A DNA stretch of 41,160 nucleotides from an uncultured Oscillospiraceae bacterium (GCA_964620835.1 CAZUIA010000002.1:1-41160), one strand, 5' to 3'; counted from the stretch's first letter, positions 16,545 through 24,050 are shown. The notes: a model not told the origin generated them from the sequence alone. Translations and numbers: made by a program.

Positions 16545-18844
16545 TGATGGACAAGGCGCTCGTGACCGCCTCGGTGCGGACGATCGTGGAATACGCGCTT
16601 TTGTCGGGCGATCTGCTGCCAGGCGCGCAGCTTGACCGCATGCGGGAAGGCATGCTGGGCCACCGGGCCAGGCAAAGGGAGATCCCCAACGCCCGCACGG
16701 AGGTGTGGGTCAAAGCACTCGTGGAGGACGAAGCTTTCGCGCTGGAGGTCGGCGGCCGCATCGACGCGCTGTACGAGCGGGACGGCCTTACCGTGGTGGA
16801 GGAAATCAAGCTTTCGCCGCCGGCGCCACCGGCGGAGGTCGCGCCGGTCCACCGCGCGCAGGCGGTTTGCTACGGGCACATGCTGGGCATTGATAAGGCG
16901 ATCCTTCGCGTCCTGTACGTGCGCGCAAGCGGCGCGGAGGTGGCTGTGTTTGAGGAGATTCTGACGGCCGACCAGCTCGCGGCGGAATTTGCCCGGCTTG
17001 TCGCGCCGTTTTGTTCGCGCGTTTCCCAGCGCCTTTCGTGGTGCGCGCTTCGCGACGAATCCATCCGCGTGCTGCCCTTCCCCTACGACGAATTCCGGCC
17101 CGGCCAGCGGGAGATGGCGGCGCAGGCGTATTACGCGGTCAAAAACAGGAAGCGCCTGTTTGCGCAGGCGCCCACCGGAACGGGAAAAACGGCCGCCGCG
17201 CTGTTTCCGGCGCTGAAGGCGCTCGGCGAGGGGTTCACCGGACAAATCTTTTATTTGACTGCCCGCACGACAGCGCAGCAAAGCGCGACGTCCGCTATAG
17301 AACGTATGCGAAAGCGCGGGCTTCGGCTACGCGCCCTGTGGCTGACGGCCAAAGAAAAAATATGCCCGTACGCCAAGGCGGAGGGCTTTCGTTGCGACGT
17401 CCTTGCCTGCCCCCGGGCCAAGGGCTTTTTTGACCGCCTGCCGGCCGCGCTTTTTGAGATGCGCTCGGAGGATCACTGGGCGCGCGAGGCGGTGGAGCGC
17501 GCCGCGGACGCACATACCCTGTGCCCGTTTGAGTTCGCCCTGTCGCTTTGCGAGGAAGCGGACGTGGTCGTGTGCGACTACAACTACGCGTTTGATCCCG
17601 GGGTACGCCTCAAGCGCATCTTTCAGTGGACCAGCAACGTCACGCTCCTGGTGGACGAGGCGCACAACCTGCCCGACCGCGCGCGGGAGATGCTCTCGGC
17701 AGCGCTTGACAGCCAGGCGCTTCGCGAGGTTCGCTGGGATATCGGCAAGCGGCTGTCCCGAAAATCCCCGCTGTACCGCGCGCTGACCGCGCTGATCGGT
17801 TGGATTGAGGCGCTGCCCGAAGGGGCGGACGGCGAAAAGCCGGCCGCCCTTTCGTCCCTGCTGGAGGACGCGATGGACGCGGCGATGCCGGCGACGCAGG
17901 ACCTGCCGCTTTTTGACCTGACGCGCGCGCTGTATGCCGCGCAGGCCGCGCTGGAGCGGTTTGACGAGCGCTATGCCGTGCTGGTAAAGCGCCAGGACAA
18001 GACCGCAAAAGCGATGCTTTTTTGCCTGGACCCCGCGCCGCACCTTACCGCAAGCACCCGAAAGCTGCGCGGCTGCGTCTTTCTTTCCGCCACGCTGACG
18101 CCGCTTTCCGCCTGGCGGGACGCCATCGGAGGCAAGGAGGCCGACGGCCTTCTGTCGCTGCCGTCCCCGTTTCCGTGGGAAAACCTGCTGGTCCTTCGGC
18201 AGCCGGTTTCCACCCGCTATGCCGCGCGCGACCGCACCGCCGCGGCCGTCGCGGACGCCATCCTCGCGATGGTGTCCGCGCGATCGGGCAATTACCTCGC
18301 CTGCTTCCCCTCCTACGCCTACCTGCGCCGCGTGCAAGAGGAGATGGAGGCGCGCGGAGGGGACGTTACGCTGCACGTGCAGCGAAGCGGCATGAAGGAG
18401 GAGGACCGAAGCGCCTATCTTGAAGCCTTTTCGCCCAGGGAAAGCGGCGCTCTGCTCGGCCTGGTGGTGCTGGGCGGCGTGTTTGGCGAGGGCGTGGATC
18501 TGCCGGGCGAGAGGCTTTCGGGCGTGGCGGTCGTCGGCGTGGGGCTGCCGCAGCTGTGCCCGGAGCGCGAGCTGCTGCGCGCCTATTACGGCCGCGCGCT
18601 CGGCGACGGCTTTGCGCACGCGTATCAGTATCCCGGCATGAACAAGGTGCTGCAGGCCGTGGGCCGCGTCATCCGCACGGAAACGGACAGAGGCGTGGCG
18701 CTTTTAATCGACGACCGGTTTTTGACGCGCGCGTACGCGGACCTGATGCCGCCCTGGTGGGGCGAGGCCGAAGCGGTGCAATCCGCACAAGAGATTCGTG
18801 AAAGGATGCAAGCGTTCTGGAAAAGCGGCCCTTCGACGCGGTAG
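16544..18844 (+). CDS. Fusion of an N-terminal PD-(D/E)XK (RecB/Cas4-like) nuclease domain to an XPD/DinG-type Fe-S superfamily-2 helicase
   Basis: The N-terminal ~170 aa show GRIDAL...VVEEIKL (D...ExK) and QAVCYGHML (QxxxY). The helicase part has Walker A AQAPTGTGKTAA and the DEAH box LLVDEAHNL. Four Cys (ICPY, FRCDV, LACP, TLCPFE) are spaced as in the XPD 4Fe-4S domain. The C terminus has GEGVDLPG and QAVGRVIR. ATG 16544 overlaps the ligA stop (TAATG). Confidence 0.85.
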   Translation: MMDKALVTASVRTIVEYALLSGDLLPGAQLDRMREGMLGHRARQREIPNARTEVWVKALVEDEAFALEVGGRIDALYERDGLTVVEEIKLSPPAPPAEVAPVHRAQAVCYGHMLGIDKAILRVLYVRASGAEVAVFEEILTADQLAAEFARLVAPFCSRVSQRLSWCALRDESIRVLPFPYDEFRPGQREMAAQAYYAVKNRKRLFAQAPTGTGKTAAALFPALKALGEGFTGQIFYLTARTTAQQSATSAIERMRKRGLRLRALWLTAKEKICPYAKAEGFRCDVLACPRAKGFFDRLPAALFEMRSEDHWAREAVERAADAHTLCPFEFALSLCEEADVVVCDYNYAFDPGVRLKRIFQWTSNVTLLVDEAHNLPDRAREMLSAALDSQALREVRWDIGKRLSRKSPLYRALTALIGWIEALPEGADGEKPAALSSLLEDAMDAAMPATQDLPLFDLTRALYAAQAALERFDERYAVLVKRQDKTAKAMLFCLDPAPHLTASTRKLRGCVFLSATLTPLSAWRDAIGGKEADGLLSLPSPFPWENLLVLRQPVSTRYAARDRTAAAVADAILAMVSARSGNYLACFPSYAYLRRVQEEMEARGGDVTLHVQRSGMKEEDRSAYLEAFSPRESGALLGLVVLGGVFGEGVDLPGERLSGVAVVGVGLPQLCPERELLRAYYGRALGDGFAHAYQYPGMNKVLQAVGRVIRTETDRGVALLIDDRFLTRAYADLMPPWWGEAEAVQSAQEIRERMQAFWKSGPSTR

Positions 18845-19181
18845 CTATGCCTGCCCACGGCGCCTCGGGCTTTCCGAGGGCATCCGATATGGCCGAAATC
18901 AAATGCCGCGCAGGCAATATGGCGACGCCCCTTTATGCCCGAATTATGGAAAGCTGTGCGGATGAGGTGAGCTGTGCGGCCGAGCAGGTATGGATAGAGA
19001 TGCGGGGGCAACGGAAAAAGACTCGGCCGGGATACCTCCGTATGGGCAGCCGCAAGGGCGTACGCATGCCATGCCCGCATCAACCCATGCGCCCTTGATG
19101 GATTCCTTTGGCCGGCCGTGCCCCGTTGCCCCTGGGTTGAAAAGAAGCCTGTGCGTCACCCATTCGCGAAAACGCATCGAA

Positions 19182-19667
19182 TCATTGCAACACGACTTCA
19201 GCGCCCCGCTGTTCCTTTACATGCAGCGAAGTCAGGTTCAGCCGCAAATAGGTTGCGCCCAGCTCTTCATATTCCTCCAAAACGCCGATTGCCTCAACCC
19301 ATGCGTTTTCCTCCGGACTTGCAATCCCGACATCCTCGCTCCACGTGACCTCAAAGCCCACGGTTCCGTCGTTTCCGCAGCATCCCGGCCCATATCGAAA
19401 CACAATGCGGACGGTTGAACCGGTCGGCTCATAGGGGAAGGACGCAAACATCCCCTCCAGCTTGATTGTTTTCCCGGCGTATTCCTTCGGGTTCAAGTAA
19501 ACGTCGTTCACTTGGGCGACAAACATCTTCTCCTTGATTTCCAGATCATATTCGTTGGCATCCGCGGCCAATTCCGCGACAGCCTCCGATTTGTATGGAT
19601 CCTGGCTGCATGCCGAAAGGGACAGGGCAAGCGACAGCAGCACGATCACAGACAACCATCTTTTCAT
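19182..19667 (-). CDS. Lipoprotein resembling the C-terminal domain of DUF1980/YcgQ (TIGR03943-type) proteins, with a GCC motif
   Basis: I trimmed the ORF to ATG 19667, which overlaps the znuB stop as ATGA. It has the lipobox LSLALSLSAC. The sequence YLNPKEYAGKTIKLEGMF......VRIVFRYGPGCCGNDGTVGFEV parallels B. subtilis YcgQ as I remember it (Y.NPEKYKGKTIEFTGFV...ARFGMTCCVADASVYG). Confidence 0.65.
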   Translation of the reverse strand: MKRWLSVIVLLSLALSLSACSQDPYKSEAVAELAADANEYDLEIKEKMFVAQVNDVYLNPKEYAGKTIKLEGMFASFPYEPTGSTVRIVFRYGPGCCGNDGTVGFEVTWSEDVGIASPEENAWVEAIGVLEEYEELGATYLRLNLTSLHVKEQRGAEVVLQ

Positions 19668-20491
19668 ACAATCCCCCTCTTTTTCAGGATACCGGCGCCG
19701 GAAAACAGCAAAAACGCCAGGAGGCTGACCCCCACAATGCTTGCCCCTGTGGGCAGCGCGGCCATATAGGAAATGACAAGCCCCGCAAAAAAGCAGACAA
19801 CGGACACGACGGCCGAACACAAAATGACCGAACGGAAGGTTTTGCATACCCGCATGCTGATCAGCGCCGGGAAAATGATCAGGCTGGAGATGAGCAGCGC
19901 GCCCATCATGCGCATACCGAGCACGATCGTCAGCGCGGTCAGCAAGGCGATCAGCATGGTATACGCGCCCGCGTTCGTGCCCGTGGCCTGCGCAAAATTC
20001 TCGTCAAAGGTCACGGCGAAGATCTTACTGTAAAAAAGGACGAACAGCACCAGCACGACAGCGCACAGCGCGATGCTCAGGTACACATCGTTTTTGCTCA
20101 TCGCCAGGATGCTGCCGAACATATAGTTGCACACATCGGTATTCATGCCGGTTGATATGGAGACGATGATGACGCCGATTGCCAACGAGCCTGTGGAAAT
20201 GAGGGCGATCGCGGCGTCCCCTTTGATTTTGCTGCTTTCCCGAATGCGCAGCAAGAGAAAAGCCGCAAGCATCACAACCGGGATGGAAACGGTAAGCGGA
20301 GAGAGGCCCAGCGCGGTCGCCAGGGCCATGGAGCCAAAGCCGACATGGGAAAGACCGTCGCCGATCATCGAGTATCTTTTCAGAACGAGGCTGACCCCCA
20401 GCAGCGCGGCGCAAAGGGATACCAGCAATCCGACAATCAGCGCCCTCGTCAGGAACGTGTAGGAGAACATTTCGATCAAGGTCTGGATCAT
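19664..20491 (-). CDS. znuB: Zinc/manganese ABC transporter permease (ABC-3 family)
   Basis: The 275-aa polytopic membrane protein has FLTRALIVGLLVSL, MIGDGLSHVGFG and other motifs typical of ZnuB/TroCD-type permeases. It overlaps znuC by 4 nt. Confidence 0.9.
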   Translation of the reverse strand: MIQTLIEMFSYTFLTRALIVGLLVSLCAALLGVSLVLKRYSMIGDGLSHVGFGSMALATALGLSPLTVSIPVVMLAAFLLLRIRESSKIKGDAAIALISTGSLAIGVIIVSISTGMNTDVCNYMFGSILAMSKNDVYLSIALCAVVLVLFVLFYSKIFAVTFDENFAQATGTNAGAYTMLIALLTALTIVLGMRMMGALLISSLIIFPALISMRVCKTFRSVILCSAVVSVVCFFAGLVISYMAALPTGASIVGVSLLAFLLFSGAGILKKRGIV

Positions 20492-21195
20492 TCGTGCCGC
20501 CCTCCCAGAAAGTACTTCCCCAGTTCGGTGTTGCGGTACGCTTCGGCGGAGCCGAAGAAAACCTGCTTGTTCTGCAGGTGCAGGATATGGCTGGCGTAGG
20601 AAACCGCGCTGTGAACGTCATGGGATACCATCACGACCGTGATGCCCATTTCACGGTTGATGCGGTCGATCAGCGCGTACAGCTCCTGCGTGACGACCGG
20701 GTCAAGCCCGGCCACCGGCTCATCCAGCAGCAGCAGCTTTTTCGTTGCGCACAGCGCCCTGGCCAGCAACACGCGCTGCTGCTGGCCGCCGGACAGCTCC
20801 CGATAGCAGCGGTTTCGCAAAACGGTAAGGCCCAGCTGTTCCATGTGGCTGAAGGCGGTTTGCCTGTCTTCCTTGGCATAGAACGGGCGGATGCCCCGGC
20901 TGTTGAGCCGGCCGGACAGAACCACCTCGTACACGCTGGCTGGAAAATCCTTTTGCGCGGCGGTTTGCTGGGGAAGATAGCCGATTTCATTGGGTGAAAG
21001 GCCGTCGCCCATCTCCACCGAACCCTGACAGGGCGCGATCAATCTCAGCAGTCCTTTCACCAGCGTGCTTTTCCCCGAGCCATTTTCACCGACAACGCAT
21101 AAATACATCCCGCTTTCGATGGTAAAGTTCAGCCCTTCCACCACGCAGTTTCCGTCATAGGCAAAAGCGGCATCCTTGTATGCAATCAACGCCAT
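20488..21195 (-). CDS. znuC: Zinc ABC transporter ATP-binding protein
   Basis: It has Walker A GENGSGKST, the signature LSGGQQQRVLLARAL, Walker B LLLLDEP and the YLPQ motif typical of ZnuC. A GAGGAGGA SD precedes ATG 21195. Confidence 0.9.
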   Translation of the reverse strand: MALIAYKDAAFAYDGNCVVEGLNFTIESGMYLCVVGENGSGKSTLVKGLLRLIAPCQGSVEMGDGLSPNEIGYLPQQTAAQKDFPASVYEVVLSGRLNSRGIRPFYAKEDRQTAFSHMEQLGLTVLRNRCYRELSGGQQQRVLLARALCATKKLLLLDEPVAGLDPVVTQELYALIDRINREMGITVVMVSHDVHSAVSYASHILHLQNKQVFFGSAEAYRNTELGKYFLGGRHE

Positions 21196-21260
21196 AGAAA
21201 GTGAATCCTCCTCAAAGGCAGCCCGCCAGCGTGCGGCGCGGCCGCTTGGTACACCCGCCT

Positions 21261-21289
21261 ACCATACTATATACCGTATGGATGCACAA
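21261..21289 (-). promoter_or_regulatory. Candidate internal promoter for znuCB-lipoprotein (TTGTGC-17-TATGGT) overlapped by the inverted repeat CCATAC-N8-GTATGG (21262-21281)
   Basis: The minus strand reads TTGTGCatccatacggtatatagTATGGT. The palindrome covers the spacer and the -10, the position expected for a repressor operator. Confidence 0.3.
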
Positions 21290-21308
21290 CGCTTTCGGGG
21301 TGTCTTTT

Positions 21309-21324
21309 AGATTTCTTTAGAAAT
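21309..21324. promoter_or_regulatory. Operator-like AT-rich motif AGATTTCTTTAGAAAT (core TTTCTTTAGAAA)
   Basis: It is 14/16 identical to AGATTCCTTTAGAAAC at 24514-24529. Its core is 11/12 identical to the perfect palindrome TTTCTTAAGAAA at 24537-24548. It sits between the SH3-protein stop and the znuC promoter. Confidence 0.4.
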
Positions 21325-21332
21325 GCCTCCGG

Positions 21333-21908
21333 TCACTCGGAAGCGAAAAGGCAATCCAGGCACCAGCACCATGTGCAAGGGGCAAGGCCCTGCGCCTGTG
21401 CGCTTGACAGCGTTGTCTGCCGCGCCCCCTGAGGCATGCGGTCGCATGACGGCGAGCTGTGGTAGATCCCGTCCGCCACCCAGGCGGGCGTTTCGTCCTT
21501 TGGCGGGCTGTGGGAGGACAGCTTTGACCCGCTCACTTTGGCAGTGGCCCGCTGCGCCGCCAGGCGCTTCTTTTCTTCCTCCAACGCCTCCAAATATGCT
21601 TCCTCGCCGATTTCATCCAGCAGGTCGCTGCGAATGAACCCCTGTTTGCCGGCGTACTCCACCTGGATCCAAAGGGTTCCGGCTTCGTCCTCTTCTTCGC
21701 CCAGCCATTTCATGACCGTGCCCGTGATCGGAACTTTGACGACGACCTTCGCCTTTGCGTTGGGGTGCTTTCTCACATTGACGCCCTTGATATTGGTCTG
21801 CCCATATCGGGCGGCGGACTCATCCTCTGTTTTATACGCGCTTGCCCCGGCAACGGATGCGGCGATGCACAGGCACAAAAACAGCAAGCATACCGCTTTA
21901 CACCGCAT
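21333..21908 (-). CDS. Secreted SH3b-domain protein with a C-terminal YH-x5-C...PCxxC (Ada-type zinc-motif-like) tail
   Basis: I prefer the start at ATG 21908 (AAAGGA SD 7 nt upstream); ATG 21926 is possible. It has the signal peptide MRCKAVCLLFLCLCIAASVAGASA and an SH3-like segment GVNVRKHPNAKAKVVVKVPITGTVMKWLGEEEDEAGTLWIQVEYAGKQGFIRSDLL. The tail reads YHSSPSCDRM...AQAQGLAPCTWCWCLDC. Confidence 0.7.
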   Translation of the reverse strand: MRCKAVCLLFLCLCIAASVAGASAYKTEDESAARYGQTNIKGVNVRKHPNAKAKVVVKVPITGTVMKWLGEEEDEAGTLWIQVEYAGKQGFIRSDLLDEIGEEAYLEALEEEKKRLAAQRATAKVSGSKLSSHSPPKDETPAWVADGIYHSSPSCDRMPQGARQTTLSSAQAQGLAPCTWCWCLDCLFASE

Positions 21909-21939
21909 TTTTCTATCCTTTCCCATAGCGCGCGGGAGA

Positions 21940-21964
21940 GGGCTGCCCCCGCGGGAGGCAGCCC
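21940..21964 (-). other. Intercistronic GC stem-loop (8-bp stem GGGCTGCC/GGCAGCCC, 9-nt loop) just after znuA
   Basis: Read directly from the sequence. No U-tract follows on the minus strand, so it looks more like an mRNA stabiliser or processing structure than a full terminator. Confidence 0.4.
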
Positions 21965-21995
21965 CTGCGCTATATCGGGTCGCTTTTGCTAATTG

Positions 21996-24050
21996 CTATT
22001 GCAGCGCCTGTTTGAGGCTTTCGACGTTGCGCCACATCAGCTCCAGGTAACCGGTTCCGCTTTCAAAGTCGCTTCTGGACACGTTGTGGACAGAGTGCAT
22101 TTCCAGCTTCGTCGCGTTCGTGCTCGCCGCGATCGTATCCGCGATTTTGCCGTTTGAAAACTCAATCGTGAACACGACGGGAAGGTTTTCCTCCTTGGTT
22201 TTGTCGATCAGAAACGCGATGGTGGCGGCGCTGGCCTCTGTGTCGGTCGAGCAGCCGGTGAAGGCCGCAAAATAGTCCAGACCGTAGTCTTTGGCCAGGT
22301 AGCGGAACGGAAAGCGGTCGCCAAACAGAATGGTCCTGCGGCTGGAGTCCTTCACGACAGCCTCAAACGCCAGATCCAGGGCGTCGAGCTCCACCAGGTA
22401 TGCCATTGCGTTCTCGCGGTAGGTCTGCGCGTTCGCCGGGTCAAGCGATGCCAGCGCCTCCGTCAGTTGCGCGACGATCAGCTTGGCGTTTTTCGGGGAA
22501 GTCCATACGTGCTCGTCCAGCTCCGCCTCGTGATCGTGATCATGGTCGTGGTCTTCCTCGTCATGGCTGTGGCTGTGCCCCAGCATGTCCTCGGCAATCG
22601 CTTCCCCGTCCATATCGGCCCGGAAGAAGGTCGGCCAGTTGTCCATCTCCTCCAGCAGCGCCGCAAAGCCGTCGTTGCCCATGTAGATATGGAAGTGGTG
22701 AAGGTCCTCCGTAGGCTGGATCATGTGATCGCTGAACTGGATGAACTTCGGCGCGCCGTTGGTCTCGCCGACCGCCTCAAACAGATACCGGACGCCTTTG
22801 CCGCCGCTTTCATACGTCAGAATCTCAAAGCCCCTGTACTCGTACGCCGCCTTTTGCACGGTATCGCCCATGTAATACGAAATGGTTTCGCCGTCAATCA
22901 CCACGCGGTCGTACTCGGTCTCATAGCCCGTCGTATAATACTGCTTGTATTCCTCGGCCGTTTTGCTGTCGTCCTGCTCGGCCTTTTCGACGAACACATG
23001 ATCCAGCGTGCCATCCAGAACATAGGGGTACCCGGACTGCCAATCGCCCTGCCAGTCGGCCAGCGTGGGGCGGTCCTGCACGTCGCTGTCCTCAAAGGTT
23101 TCGCTGTGGCTGTGGCCGTGATCATGGCCCACCATGGTTTCCCTGACCTGATCCGCGGTGGCGGACGCATCGAAATACATCGTGCTCCAGTTTTCTACGT
23201 TCATCAGCTCTTCCACGTTTTCGCCATACCGAAAATGCGTATGGGCTACGCCTTCCTCGCCGTGGTCATCCCCCGCTTCATTGCCGGTGCCATGGTCGTT
23301 AAAGAGCAGATAGGTCGGCATGTTCGGCGTGCCGTCCGCCAGCTTCAGGATATACCACGCGGAGGTTTCGGTGGGCTCAAAGCCGGCGTATGCGTACTGG
23401 GCCGTGATCCCGTTCAAGGTCACCTGTCCGTTGTGGACGGAGTAGGTGTCATAGTCCGACGCCCAGCGCGTCTTGTAGGTTTCGAGCATTTCCTCAACGG
23501 AAACCTCATTTTCCTCGGCCTTTGTTTTCACCCATTCGTCCAGGGTGCCATCCAGCAAATAGGGCATGCCGGTTTTCCAGTCGCCGTCAAAGTCGGTGAT
23601 GGGGCGATCCTTGGGGGGAAGCGCCTCCTCGGACTCCTCATGGTCATGGGAGTGCTCCATGCCTTCGACGATTTCCTCTTCCACCGTGTCCACCATGTCG
23701 ACCAGCGCGAGAATCTTCATATTCTCTGTGTCCATGGATTCAAGGATACGATCGACCCACACGTCCGATTCCCCGCCCACATGCAGGAATAGATCGCTGT
23801 TTTGAATGGCGATGATGTCTCGGGGGCTGGGTTCAAAGGAATGGCTTTCCGCGCCCGGGGACAGGAGCATCGTCAATTCCACGTTGTCTCCGGCGATCTG
23901 CCGAATGAAATCATACGGCGGGAAAATTGTCGTGACCACGCGCAGCTTCCCGTCCTCGGCCAAAGCTCCGGAAGTCTCCGTAATCAGGCCGCCCAGGAGC
24001 GTAGCGGTAAAAAGGCAGGCAATTGCTGCCAGTGCAAATATTCGTTTCAT
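21996..24050 (-). CDS. znuA: Zinc ABC transporter substrate-binding protein with two ZinT/YodA-like domains inserted in the His-rich loop (684 aa)
   Basis: The N lobe reads GKLRVVTTIFPPYDFIRQIAG...SPGAESHSFEPSP. The C lobe reads DEHVWTSPKNAKLI...FGDRFPFRYLAKDYGL...FTIEF. Between them lie two ZinT-like modules and three His-rich linkers. An ACGGAGGAA SD precedes ATG 24050. Confidence 0.9.
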   Translation of the reverse strand: MKRIFALAAIACLFTATLLGGLITETSGALAEDGKLRVVTTIFPPYDFIRQIAGDNVELTMLLSPGAESHSFEPSPRDIIAIQNSDLFLHVGGESDVWVDRILESMDTENMKILALVDMVDTVEEEIVEGMEHSHDHEESEEALPPKDRPITDFDGDWKTGMPYLLDGTLDEWVKTKAEENEVSVEEMLETYKTRWASDYDTYSVHNGQVTLNGITAQYAYAGFEPTETSAWYILKLADGTPNMPTYLLFNDHGTGNEAGDDHGEEGVAHTHFRYGENVEELMNVENWSTMYFDASATADQVRETMVGHDHGHSHSETFEDSDVQDRPTLADWQGDWQSGYPYVLDGTLDHVFVEKAEQDDSKTAEEYKQYYTTGYETEYDRVVIDGETISYYMGDTVQKAAYEYRGFEILTYESGGKGVRYLFEAVGETNGAPKFIQFSDHMIQPTEDLHHFHIYMGNDGFAALLEEMDNWPTFFRADMDGEAIAEDMLGHSHSHDEEDHDHDHDHEAELDEHVWTSPKNAKLIVAQLTEALASLDPANAQTYRENAMAYLVELDALDLAFEAVVKDSSRRTILFGDRFPFRYLAKDYGLDYFAAFTGCSTDTEASAATIAFLIDKTKEENLPVVFTIEFSNGKIADTIAASTNATKLEMHSVHNVSRSDFESGTGYLELMWRNVESLKQALQ

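Noticed and set aside
21262-21281. The inverted repeat CCATAC-N8-GTATGG considered as a Zur box.
   Set aside because: It does not match the Firmicute Zur consensus (TCGTAAT-N-ATTACGA type) as I remember it. It is kept only as a generic operator candidate within the promoter feature, not called as Zur-regulated.
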